From Epithemia pelagica (lineage: Eukaryota > Protista > Bacillariophyta): a stretch of 64,000 bases of DNA. The translations under genes were made by a program, and so were the position numbers. This document shows, piece after piece, positions 14,001-22,990 of this stretch. The notes under the pieces were generated by a model. The model was given only the letters and a program-made list of their open reading frames with translations, was not told the DNA's origin and did no database searches. The DNA lies in assembly GCA_946965045.2 (NCBI GenBank), contig OX337229.1, positions 6,076,001 to 6,140,000 on the forward strand, written 5' to 3'. Each line of letters begins with the position of its first letter. Position 1 is the stretch's first letter.

Positions 14001-14856
14001 CTTCTGTTTGTGTGTTCTTTGAAATGTAGCATGTCATATACATGACACTTCCTCCGTCCACTCCAGTGACAACATTTGTATTGCAACCAAATAGCTTGCT
14101 TGCGTGGGAACTGTGAATATTGACAAATGCATCAGCATGGGCCCGTTTAGAGTTCAAGGTGAACAATTGTCTTGACTGCTCCTTTCCTTTCCAGTCAAAC
14201 CAATCAGTCGTGTCTGCTGTAAATTTTAATTCTGTTTCGTCACATGACGCACATGGAACATGCATGCGACATTCTTCTCCTTTCTTGAAGCAGGAATTTG
14301 CATGTTTTGAACGATGCAGATTGCGCAATAGGTTCATGACAAATACGCCTTTGCTTGTCATCCGGGAAGGCTTCTTGAGTTGTTCCCGCATTAAGAGTAA
14401 CTCCATGGCATTGGTGAGTTTTGTTTTGTCAGACAAATCTGACTCGGCATTGGTTTCATTTTCTCTTTGCTCTTGAGTAAAAGTCATTGTTTGGAAGATT
14501 TCCTTCAATCGGGAGAAAACCAAATCCTCACTTGTCATACATGTGTTACATGTTGTGCACTTGGCAATCGCTTTCCCACCAAGTGATGTAGTTCCAAGTT
14601 TTGTGCGCAAATTCCTGATGTCTTGTTTTGAGCAGAATTCAAAAACATTTGAAGTACAATCTTGTTGAACACAGGAAGGAATGGCTTCACCATGCATGTA
14701 TGTGCTCATAACTTTTGATGCATATTCAACCAATTGTTCCGAGAACCGTTCTCTTGTTGCCTCACTTCCAAGTCCTTGAAGTAGCACAGACCATTTCATC
14801 AGATACAACAGGAAATGTGCATGAAGTGTTTTCCTGCCTTGTTCCTCAACAGCATA
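11005..14856 (-). CDS. Helitron RepHel C-terminal part: Rep motifs 2/3 plus PIF1-family SF1 helicase
   Basis: YAVEEQGRKTLHAHFLL (HUH, just upstream of the track ORF start), YMTCYISK (catalytic Tyr), FLSGAGGSGKSHVI (Walker A), TALTGAAA, LLIVDEISF (Walker B), FAGDFTQLKPV, TVHKLQG, YVCLSRV. Confidence 0.95.
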   Translation of the reverse strand, partial: YAVEEQGRKTLHAHFLLYLMKWSVLLQGLGSEATRERFSEQLVEYASKVMSTYMHGEAIPSCVQQDCTSNVFEFCSKQDIRNLRTKLGTTSLGGKAIAKCTTCNTCMTSEDLVFSRLKEIFQTMTFTQEQRENETNAESDLSDKTKLTNAMELLLMREQLKKPSRMTSKGVFVMNLLRNLHRSKHANSCFKKGEECRMHVPCASCDETELKFTADTTDWFDWKGKEQSRQLFTLNSKRAHADAFVNIHSSHASKLFGCNTNVVTGVDGGSVMYMTCYISKNTQTEDNELFTNSAKHMIKKMRESLLQLEDESSNINQEQGGEDNENDRVATVMKTLIGAMLLSTSAHICSAPMASFLVRNGGSRFHYSHDFAYVNLNHFETDGLNDLSVDSIEGTPFLTSSVANYLLRPEELEGTCLYDFLSQFTVSRRTKSSLEWIKDHPSKNHLGVQASKHIKVPVVNYRDFMNTSSFGNQTIDSIQLPEILEEEHHAMELYAKKANLLFHPFRSVQTDLTVAGSYVRSFQEALCSGIITEAHCEILANIQDCRNSLEAGRPCDSLESETSCPSAACGHGSYNENNAEETNHDDIDSAFEELVETMNELNDSGLQLRTSNNIYQFSSSIIQKCGSAKCGVQNIATPNLGERVGANVFETQSKEMDPDQQHPSGLDDDDFISRYSTFVTKKALHELAISRTERITMDDGHDEIKATGTLKNIREYAVHHFRGDEDQEYAFEAIMSAFVLRLHDEAAKDTTGQEQMPAFRRRKMNHTRKTLQKVNQGSQFISFLSGAGGSGKSHVIKTLVRYAKNLCSNLKVRYDKRTIVVTALTGAAAVGINGETTHMACALNREVTNEPEEWKNAYLLIVDEISFASRDVVDKLDYKLRRILKPDHKFGGIPIVFAGDFTQLKPVKAQPLYLFKDFEKWYEWVHTFLELKTNHRFHLDRPWGNLLSIFRDEGPSDRDVQKINTRVVGSRGGPTESDIPPNVVYATKTNLDRAAINDAIFGKHLENTHSKDPTVRPPLHTVCIKASNLKWRKAGTRSEYINFNKSCEDILYATCGEGHLRGKDNKRYDPLLKLYYGRPLCINENKKVDSCIANGAMCEFKGLVLKQGVTLNDMEKIMIDGFYVWSIKVSQLEGLKVEMLDGGRNQLVILKPETVCQQVQFPLPLLNMTRVRKMMKMTQLPVNVSNARTVHKLQGRSIEFLYISNWDYTGNWNYVCLSRVCEMKGLFIAKPLIAEKCRRMSAECKEFHVCFRTTKHPPPKVHIDDRHSSYKIEAIIYLYSDEG

Positions 14857-16070
14857 TCACCACGCTAACAGATCACCAAAAATTCCAAGATCTTTTATGT
14901 TTTTCCTCTTGTTCATATCCCAACCAAGTAGATGCTGAATAGTAATTGCTATCACATTTTCAAACTCAATGGCACAAAGCCCTGGATGAACTTGCCGAAT
15001 TCCACCACACTCAAGTATATATTCGTGTTGGTCATGAACCGGTGTTGTGTTTGGATCAGGAGGACTCCTTTCACCAGTTTTTTTGTTTGCCATTACACTT
15101 ATTCTGAAATTCACTGCATCCTCAGGTGTAATGGTAAACATGACACTTGGCAGGCCAAATTTTGCAATCATTGCCAACATATTCTGCCGTGCTTTCTTTG
15201 CAGCAGCACCTGTGTGTCCCATTGATGAAGTAATTGCTTTCATCTTTTTCAAAAAATTGTCACTTGGAGCTGATCCTTGTGCGGAATCAAGATGTCGTTG
15301 TATAGCTTCCTCAATCTGCTTATCTGTGATTGTTGCAAATGATTCTGCCTGTGATTCACTGGTTCTCAAATAAGAGTTTGACACCATTCTCTGTCGCTCA
15401 AACATGTTGTGAATAATGCACACAAAATTGGCCCGATGGAAATTTTTAGTTGAATGTCTCATGAGATATTCAAAATATTTCATGCCAGAATGTGGTTGAC
15501 CTTGACTGTCGTATGCACCAATACCAAATGGGAACTGAAGCGGAAAAGCCTTAAGAAGATTTTCGCCCTGATAGTCTTTCAATAATGTTTTTGATGAACG
15601 CGAAATCAAAGTTGCATCCTTATTCTCGCGGTCAGCCAAAAGACAATCAAGTGTTACCTGCTTGAAATCATTTTGTGATGAACAGCCGCCATTGATTAAC
15701 TGTGGTTCATCGGAGTCTGGGAAAACAGCTGTTATTTCAAAGACTTGTTCCACATTTGATGAAGCTGTTTCATCAATGTCCTCACTTTTGTCAATAATTA
15801 TTGGCTCAATGATTTTGTCGTCCGGCAAATCTAAGTCTTTGTATAAATGATTGTTGTCCTTCAGCCATTGCAATGCCATATGGACCTTATTCCAACGAAC
15901 CTTTGTACGCTGGTATGTCAGAGCTTTCTGTCTGGGTGTGAATGGTCCTGTTAGAATGACAGCAATTTGTGGTAGTAATGGAGAATCCTGTGGATCTTCT
16001 TGAATGTCTTCATCGTCATGATGCTCAGTTTCTTCTTCGCCGTCATTGCCGGTGTTCCCCTCAGATTTGT
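14857..16070 (-). CDS. Helitron RepHel middle segment (end of DUF6570-like region plus Helitron_like_N/Rep motif 1), ends in premature TGA
   Basis: Frame is open upstream of the track ORF (GPFTPRQK...VRWNKVHMALQWLKDNNHLY), then AFPLQFPFGIG and FGLPSVMFTITP. Same frame as 11005..14808, separated only by TGA at 14857-14859. Confidence 0.88.
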
Positions 16071-16934
16071 AGTGGAGTTGTTGGCAGTACTTTCGATATC
16101 TTCATTGCTGTCATTATCATCACCAATACTTTCTTCATCAAACAATGCAGTTTCAGCCCAGTGTACAGGGAGTTCTTGCCCATTTTGCGCGTCATTATCA
16201 TTAGTTGAATTCTGCCCTGTTGCTGTACGACACCAATTAATCACTCCATTTACTGCATCTAGGTCATTGTAGTACAACGCATGCCACCCCTTGATAGATT
16301 TATGTGACCCTGCGGTAAACGAAAAGATATGTTTATTTGTTCTTGCAGGTGAAATCAAAGCCAGCTCAACTTCATTCAAATCTTGCAAACGGGCAGGTGT
16401 GGGACCAAACATCAATCCATTAAATATGGCATATTTGGGGACCTTGTCAGGATCACATGATTCTTTGTTCATTTGAATAATAGTATTGTAACAAGTGCTA
16501 CAACATCCCAGTCCTTCACTTTTCTGCCCCTTTTTCAATGCATATGAAGATGGGGAAAGAACAAGTTGCTGCAGAAAGCGATATCGTGCAGTGTTTCTTG
16601 CATTATAACAACTTTGTGTGTAATGCCCCTTGATTATTTTCTTGCTGTCTTCTGAGATGCTGCAATGGGTGAAATCCAGATTTGCCTTCAGAAACTTGGG
16701 TTGAATTCGTCTGTGCTTTAGATCTTCTAGTTTCAAACATTTCTCATGTCCAACCTTGATGAACTGGTTGCAAACACAACACACTTTTGGAAAAAACTTG
16801 TCTCCGTCTTTATACAATAGGGAGTCACGGCATGCTGCTGCTTTAGCAACCCCTTTCTCAATGGAAGAGTCTCTAACATACATGCTAGCTAGGCCTGCTA
16901 TGGAAACACTGAGTGTTACCAAGCAGCTGCACAT
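15951..16934 (-). CDS. Helitron RepHel N-terminal segment (Cys-rich Zn-finger-like plus DUF6570-like), frameshifted relative to the rest
   Basis: CCVCNQF and CCSTCY Cys pairs, VPKYAIFNG...PARLQDLNEVELALIS motif. First ATG at 16934. Sensible reading switches frame at about 16060-16100. Confidence 0.8.
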   Translation of the reverse strand: MCSCLVTLSVSIAGLASMYVRDSSIEKGVAKAAACRDSLLYKDGDKFFPKVCCVCNQFIKVGHEKCLKLEDLKHRRIQPKFLKANLDFTHCSISEDSKKIIKGHYTQSCYNARNTARYRFLQQLVLSPSSYALKKGQKSEGLGCCSTCYNTIIQMNKESCDPDKVPKYAIFNGLMFGPTPARLQDLNEVELALISPARTNKHIFSFTAGSHKSIKGWHALYYNDLDAVNGVINWCRTATGQNSTNDNDAQNGQELPVHWAETALFDEESIGDDNDSNEDIESTANNSTTNLRGTPAMTAKKKLSIMTMKTFKKIHRILHYYHKLLSF

Positions 16935-16974
16935 AAATTTTGTGGCAGTAAGATTTGCATAATTTGGTCGACGC

Positions 16975-17002
16975 AAAGTAGAAAGTAGAAAGTAGAAAGT
17001 AG
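16975..17002. repeat. (AAAGTAG)x4 microsatellite upstream of RepHel
   Basis: Four perfect 7-mers read directly. Confidence 0.9.
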
Positions 17003-17114
17003 ACAACTTCGCTTACTCGCTAACATGGGGCTCGTCGGCTCGTCAGCCAAAGTGTTATTACTACTAATTTTGTCGCAACCGTTATGTCTGTTTGTACTCT
17101 CTTTGGGCCCATTT

Positions 17115-17906
17115 TCATTCGTCATTGGGTTCGTCGCCAATTTTGGATTCGTCAACCTCTGATCTACACTCCTCCTGATCCTGAGAGGCATCCTGCTTTT
17201 CACGCACACCCTTGGGGTATCCCCACTTGTCCACCGCGCATTTCGCGAACATGTCGTAGCGGTCACGTGAGAACACCAAATCGGCCACACCTTCCTCCTC
17301 ACCACCCAAGAACTCGTATAGGTCCTGGCACTTTTCAAGTGGAAAATAATTTTCAACAATCATGGCGACATTCTCATTTGGTAAGACTTCGTCCAACGAT
17401 CGAGGGGGACTCTTGGAGTGCACAAGTCCTGCTTCATTGGTCTTGTAAGTGCGTAGAAACCCATTTTTCTTGTCCTCCGCAGTCATCACCCTGACCATCG
17501 TCTCACACATCTTCTTCATCATTTGATCTTTCTGAAGCTCGTTTTCGGCATCCTCACAAAATCCTACGACAACCGACCAGTTGTACTCCCGACCATTCTT
17601 GTCGGGGTTTCCATTCAACATGGTGTTATCATTGTCACGGGAAACACGACGATAGAGTTTCTCGATTCTGATATCAAACTCATCGAAAAGCTGCGACTCC
17701 TTGTCCTTTATCAACTCAAACACAGGCTCCATGAAGCCTGATCGGGGCTTCGTGGTCCCAGCAAGTTGCATGTTTGCAACAACTCCCTTCTTCTTGGCGG
17801 TAGCAAACTTGAACTTCTTGCACAAACAACAATCAAACTTAGATGAAAATGCCTCAATGAAGTATAAGAAACAAAAATCACCACTTACCTTCTTCGTTGG
17901 GGGCAT
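17115..17906 (-). CDS. Hypothetical protein, probable Helitron-associated accessory gene, likely 72-nt intron at 17888-17817
   Basis: 263-codon ATG ORF. MPPTKK|gtaagt...caag|KFKF gives an in-frame intron and a basic NLS-like N-terminus. Acidic C-terminus. No family recognised. Confidence 0.6.
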   Translation of the reverse strand: MPPTKKVSGDFCFLYFIEAFSSKFDCCLCKKFKFATAKKKGVVANMQLAGTTKPRSGFMEPVFELIKDKESQLFDEFDIRIEKLYRRVSRDNDNTMLNGNPDKNGREYNWSVVVGFCEDAENELQKDQMMKKMCETMVRVMTAEDKKNGFLRTYKTNEAGLVHSKSPPRSLDEVLPNENVAMIVENYFPLEKCQDLYEFLGGEEEGVADLVFSRDRYDMFAKCAVDKWGYPKGVREKQDASQDQEECRSEVDESKIGDEPNDE

Positions 17907-17959
17907 GATGAATATGGAACATCAGTTGATTGTTGTGCAGGGATTGTGGGTTGGATTGT

Positions 17960-18084
17960 GGTTCAACCAGGGACTGGGTCCAACAAGGGATTGGTGCTCG
18001 ACCAGATGGATTTGGGTTCAACCAGACAGATTGGGTTCAACCACCAGACAGATCGGGGGCATCATCAGGATTTGGGGTTCAACC
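17960..18084. repeat. Four copies of the near-palindrome GGTTCAACC between divergent ORFs
   Basis: Copies at 17960, 18015, 18034 and 18076. Confidence 0.8.
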
Positions 18085-18173
18085 AGGGTTTGGCAGGTGG
18101 TGACAAAGTCATCTGTACACGTCATCACAGGTGCAGATCATGGGTGTCATATTTGTGCAAATTGGCTTTTATC

Positions 18174-18707
18174 ATGTCGTCAAAGCGTCCTGGATTCATC
18201 CATCACCCTGGTAATATGCCCACCATGGGGACTTCACCATTTCGGATGAAAACACTTGTGGCTCACTGTCCTCACCAATTCGTTGGCTGTTATGTCTTGG
18301 TCAGTGACTGTTTGCGAGTGAAACTTGATGTTATTAAAAAACATACGACTGCTGGTCACGTCGTGAACCAGGTAAAAAACTTCTTGGGTGTGTTTACAGA
18401 CCTTGCACATCTTCGCCGTATCGATAATTCCAAGCTGATCCCGAAGAACTCGTACGTCTTCAACGAGGATAGTGATGTGATTGATAACGCCATCACGCTT
18501 GAGCTTGTGATGATGAAAGTTGACCAGGAGGCTTTGTCCCGCCACCTCTGGTACTGGTCAGAAGAAGACGAAGAATCTTTTGAATCTTCCTTTGGTGAGA
18601 TGGATGAATCGGAAATTCGCGACACCAGCAATGAAGAAACTGGTAACAAGAACGATAACCAGAAGGAAGTTGAAGACTCTGCTGTTGACGGAAACAAGGA
18701 AGATTAG
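18174..18707 (+). CDS. Hypothetical protein with acidic tail
   Basis: Open frame from ATG 18174 (alternative ATG 18246) to 18707. Globular-looking core followed by a D/E-rich tail. No family recognised. Confidence 0.5.
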   Translation: MSSKRPGFIHHPGNMPTMGTSPFRMKTLVAHCPHQFVGCYVLVSDCLRVKLDVIKKHTTAGHVVNQVKNFLGVFTDLAHLRRIDNSKLIPKNSYVFNEDSDVIDNAITLELVMMKVDQEALSRHLWYWSEEDEESFESSFGEMDESEIRDTSNEETGNKNDNQKEVEDSAVDGNKED

Positions 18708-20490
18708 TAGATCACTTAGATTATATCTATAGTAGATTTGTTTCGATTCACGTTATCCCTACTTGTTGCTCTAGTAGTTATATATCCGAAAAATAGAGTT
18801 GTTAGCCGCATTGATGGCTACTTAGGACGACAATCAGTGTCGGCAAAACATACATTACTGCGAGAACAGAAACATCCGACGAGTAAACAATTTTGTGCGT
18901 CTTCTCTTGACGACCCAGTGCGAGCAACAAAGTCGTACACGCTCTCCATTTGGCCTTGGCCGCGCAACAACGGAACTTGAAAAAAAATCGGAATCACCAA
19001 AATTTGCAATTGAAGAATATACCCCTTGATCATTGCCATCAGCAATCATGACTGTCGAAGGAAGGAACTCTGTGATCGAAAATACATGTTAACGTTTGTT
19101 GGGCGCCATTTGGTTTGAAAACACCATGGGCCATGTGGTGTAAAGAAAGTCGAATGCGGAGTACTTGCGGTCCCTCAAGAAGCTGGTGCCCTTTTTGAAA
19201 TGGGACAAGGGACAGTGGTGTCCAACTCATCAACCTAATACCACAATTGGGAAAATTATTGACGCGCGCGGCCAAGTGTGGTATTGTTCGAACCAAGATG
19301 TGACAAGGAGGCCAATGCCGGGGGTATTCAAGCTCTCATCACACAATTCCCAAATCTCCTTCCAAACTTGAGAGACTTGTTGATGGGTCTTCGTCAGGTC
19401 CCTTGTGTGTTACCAAAATTAAGGTCCCTGGTCAAGGGATTTTGGCCGCCTAGGACAAATCTGGTGGGATTGCCCTGCACGGTGTGACCGAATACATGTT
19501 TACGCCCGCCACCATGTTTGATGTCATTCACGAGATGCCGACGACCATCATGACGTCCAGGGTTTTACTGGCGACCGTTTGTTGGGTTTTACTTGCGACC
19601 GTTAGTTGGGCGTCATTTAGTTTCAAAACACCATGGGCCGTATGGTGAAAAGTAAACCGCATGCAGAAGACTTCTGGTCCCTCAAGAAGGTGGTGTTGAA
19701 ATGGTTTCCAAATCGATCGACAATCCCTCGAACAAACATGGTATTCTTCTTTTTGCTCGTGTCTTGCTTAGGTAGGGAAATGATAACCAGTTCTCGATGA
19801 TACCCATAATATCTGTCTCAAGAAAACCTCCTTTGAACGACTGCGCTTCTGCACATGAGAATGTCCAATTCCACCAAGAATCCTTGGTTCCTCTCTCTCT
19901 CTATCTATCTCTTCGTTCGTGAATCCCAATCGATCGATAATCACTCGAACAAACATGGTATTCTTCTTGTTGCTCGTGTCTTATGCCGTTTTACTGGCGA
20001 CCGTTTTGTTGGGCGCCATTTGGTTTGAAAACACCATGGGCCGTATGGTGAAAAGCAAACCGCATTCGCCAATGGTTTCCCAATCGATCGACAATCCCTC
20101 GAACAAACATCTTGTTGCTCGTGTCGTATGCCGATACGCTACTGGCGTCGTTTGTTGGGTGGCCAACTTATGTAGGGAAATAATAACCTGTCTCAAGAAA
20201 ACCTCCTTTGAACGACTGCGCTTCTGCACATGAGAATTCTTGGTTCCTCTCTCTCTCTTCGTTCGTGAATCCCAATCAATCGACAATCCCTCGAACAAAC
20301 ATGCTCTCTCTCTTCGTTCGGGAATCCCAATCGATCGACAATCACTCGAACAAACATGGTATTCTTCTTGTTGCTCGTGTCTTATGCCGATACGTTATGT
20401 AGGGAAATGATAACCTGATCTCGATAGGCCAGCCCTGATGTGGCTGTTCTAAGTTGGTGATTGTTTGGGAGCAGTTTCAAGGCATGAACT

Positions 20491-20523
20491 CCCCACTCCC
20501 CACTCCCCACTCCCCACTCCCCA
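20491..20523 (-). repeat. (CCCCACT)4CCCCA G-quadruplex-prone repeat, copy 1
   Basis: Five GGGG tracts with AGT loops on the minus strand. Confidence 0.85.
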
Positions 20524-21228
20524 TGTTCCTTCTGCTTCCACCTGACGACGAATGGTTATGGGAAGCATGGCACAGAACACTCTCCACGAACGTAACAGGA
20601 GAGAACGCAGGCCCGATCAATAATCACTCGAACAAACATGGTATTCTTCTTGTTGCTCGTGTCTTATGCCGTTTTACTGGCGACCGTTTTGTTGGGCGCC
20701 ATTTGGTTTGAAAACACCATGGGCCGTATGGTGAAAAGCAAACCGCATTCGCCAATGGTTTCCCAATCGATCGACAATCCCTCGAACAAACATCTTGTTG
20801 CTCGTGTCGTATGCCGATACGCTACTGGCGTCGTTTGTTGGGTGGCCAACTTATGTAGGGAAATGATAACCTGTCTCAAGAAAACCTCCTTTGAACGACT
20901 GCGCTTCTGCACATGAGAATTCTTGGTTCCTCTCTCTCTCTTCGTTCGTGAATCCCAATCAATCGACAATCCCTCGAACAAACATGCTCTCTCTTCGTTC
21001 GGGAATCCCAATCGATCGACAATCACTCGAACAAACATGCTCTCTCTTTCTTCGTTCGGGAATCCCAATCGATCGACAATCACTCGAACAAACATGGTAT
21101 TCTTCTTGTTGCTCGTGTCTTATGCCGATACGTTATGTAGGGAAATGATAACCTGATCTCGATAGGCCAGCCCTGATGTGGCTGTTCTAAGTTGGTGATT
21201 GTTTGGGAGCAGTTTCAAGGCATGAACT

Positions 21229-21261
21229 CCCCACTCCCCACTCCCCACTCCCCACTCCCCA
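21229..21261 (-). repeat. (CCCCACT)4CCCCA G-quadruplex-prone repeat, copy 2
   Basis: Identical to copy 1, offset 738 bp. Confidence 0.85.
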
Positions 21262-21360
21262 TGTTCCTTCTGCTTCCACCTGACGACGAATGGTTATGGG
21301 AAGCATGGCACAGAACACTCTCCACGAACGTAACAGGAGAGAACGCAGGCCCAATACCGA

Positions 21361-21544
21361 GAATATAGCGCCCCAAACAAGCATTCAATGTAAAAGTCCT
21401 GTTTCAGTCATAAACAGATGGTTGGGAGTATTACATTAATACCAAAGATATGGAATATAGCGCCCCAAACAAGCATTCAATGTAAAAGTCCTGTTTCAGT
21501 CATAAACAGATGGTTGGGAGTATTACATTAATACCAAAGATATG
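21361..21544. repeat. Exact 92-bp tandem duplication
   Basis: gaatatagcgcccc...accaaagatatg at 21361-21452 and 21453-21544. Confidence 0.95.
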
Positions 21545-22443
21545 CTTAGGGAAATACCATACTCACAGATTACGCGGTTGACGGTGCACCCCAAAATCAT
21601 ACCATGACTCACCATTAAACTATTCGTAGCTGTATATATTTAACGGTTTCAACAACGCTCCTTTTCTCTCATTTGTACTGCTTGTGCTATTCTGCATCCG
21701 TTGACAGAACAGCTGGTCATTCTGGGAAGTTCCACCCCAGACCCCAAAGCCTTCGGCCTACCCATCACGTTCATACTGAACTTAGACGAATATCTCCACC
21801 CGAGCCCCGCTATGCTGACGTATTGGGGCTTTCTGATTGGCCTCACTATCCGGATAGCGGATTAGCGGAGCCAAAGGGAAATAAACTCCACGATCTCCGT
21901 TAAAAGAAGGCCGCTATCTCGCGTTGCGCGTACGCATTGCGCATATGCCCTCTCTTGTTTCGGTTAAAAAGGTGTGCGGCCGCAGAAGTTGCGGAATTCA
22001 AACAAGACAATCAACGAGAGACGAGAGCACAAAGCATAAACCAAAGATGGAGGACTCGTTGTTCTCCCTCTTCATTGTTGACTGTCATGGTGAATCATGT
22101 TGTTGTTCATGGCCAATGTAGATGTAGGTTGTAGGTTGCAGTCCAATCGTCCTATTGTATTCCCTGTCCGATTTCCGATTGATTGTCTTATAATCGAACA
22201 CATCAAAAGTTTGATGCTTTGAATGATGCATTTGTTTGATTGTTGCATTCCTTCCGATCCGTGATCCTCGAATCATCTTGCTGTGCATGGTTCTTGTCCC
22301 ATTGTAGGAAGTAGGGAACACAACAATGGAAAAAGAGATGGTAAGCGATCGTCACAAATCAATACGTGCCATTGTCATGTTTTCGACACGAGAGAAACTG
22401 TTGGCAGCAGACGTTAATTTATTTATGCCGACGGTTATATTTT

Positions 22444-22512
22444 GCTCCGCTATCCGCTATTTTCCCCGCTATTCGGGGCCCCAAATAGCGGCAAAAATGC
22501 GGATAGCGAAGC
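22444..22512. other. ~70-bp imperfect palindrome/hairpin
   Basis: CGCTATCCGC (22448) pairs with GCGGATAGCG (22499), CCGCTATT pairs with AATAGCGG, centre GGGGCCCC. Confidence 0.85.
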
Positions 22513-22577
22513 TGTTTAGCGGTTAGAGGAGATGGTGGAGTTCGATAGCGGCCCCGGGTGGAGATAGCCTTAAGTAT

Positions 22578-22842
22578 TACCCCCAAGCAGGGGGGAAAAG
22601 TCGGGTCGCATATGTGTCGTGAATTCGAGGTGCAAAGTCTTATTCACCCCCACGGCGCGAGGGTCCAAAATTGGCGATTTCTCGACTTTGCCACAAACCA
22701 CAAAAACACACCACACATTCACCACGGAGCCAATCTTGCGAGATCACCCATGAACGTTCAATCCTTCACCCAAGATGTGAGAAAGAGTTTGCACACAAGA
22801 ATCGAATCACTAAACCTCATGACTCACCCCCGCTGGGGGGTA
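22578..22842. mobile_element. 265-bp MITE-like non-autonomous DNA transposon with 10-bp TSD
   Basis: TIRs TACCCCCAAGCAGGGG and TACCCCCCAGCGGGGG (14/16 match). Flanking direct repeat CCTTAAGTAT at 22568-22577 and 22843-22852. Confidence 0.8.
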
Positions 22843-22990
22843 CCTTAAGTATATACCTACTGATCACAAGTTCCGCTTATTGTTTGACATCTGCGTCGAT
22901 GGTTTGGTGTTTTCTTGTTTTCTTCTATTGACACAAGCAATCTTCTTGTTTGTTTGTTCATTGAAGACGACGAGAGAGAGCAACAAAAAA

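Larger units (their letters stand above)
11005..17906 (-). mobile_element. Helitron (rolling-circle transposon, Helitron2/Helentron-like architecture), termini not resolved
   Basis: Collinear DUF6570-like, HUH Rep and PIF1 helicase coding segments on the minus strand. Inclusion of the upstream orphan ORF is inferred. No canonical 5'-TC or 3'-hairpin-CTRR end identified. Confidence 0.9.
19095..21352. repeat. Modular nested repeat block including a 683/738-bp tandem duplication (19932-20614, 20615-21352) and 10 copies of AATC(A/C)CTCGAACAAACAT
   Basis: Near-identical blocks read directly (track ORFs 19919/20638 are copies). Older diverged module copies at ~19095 and ~19603. Confidence 0.92.

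Noticed and set aside
11005-14808. Viral or plasmid Rep-helicase, or host PIF1
   Set aside because: The DUF6570-like + Helitron_like_N + HUH + PIF1 order is the Helitron transposase layout. No capsid or other viral genes are nearby.
19095-19135. Similarity of ggcgccatttggtttgaaaacacc to satellite gtcgccatttgtttcgcgtgagaacaac
   Set aside because: Only 9 bp exact plus a gapped match; not distinguishable from chance without statistics.
20491-20523. True telomere
   Set aside because: Internal, only ~5 units, and not TTAGGG-type.
19700-21100. CRISPR-like repeat-spacer array from the 10 conserved cores
   Set aside because: Intervening segments are themselves duplicated and range from about 35 to 260 bp.
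19768-22848. Short ORFs in the repeat block and MITE
   Set aside because: Duplicated with the repeats and no recognisable domains.
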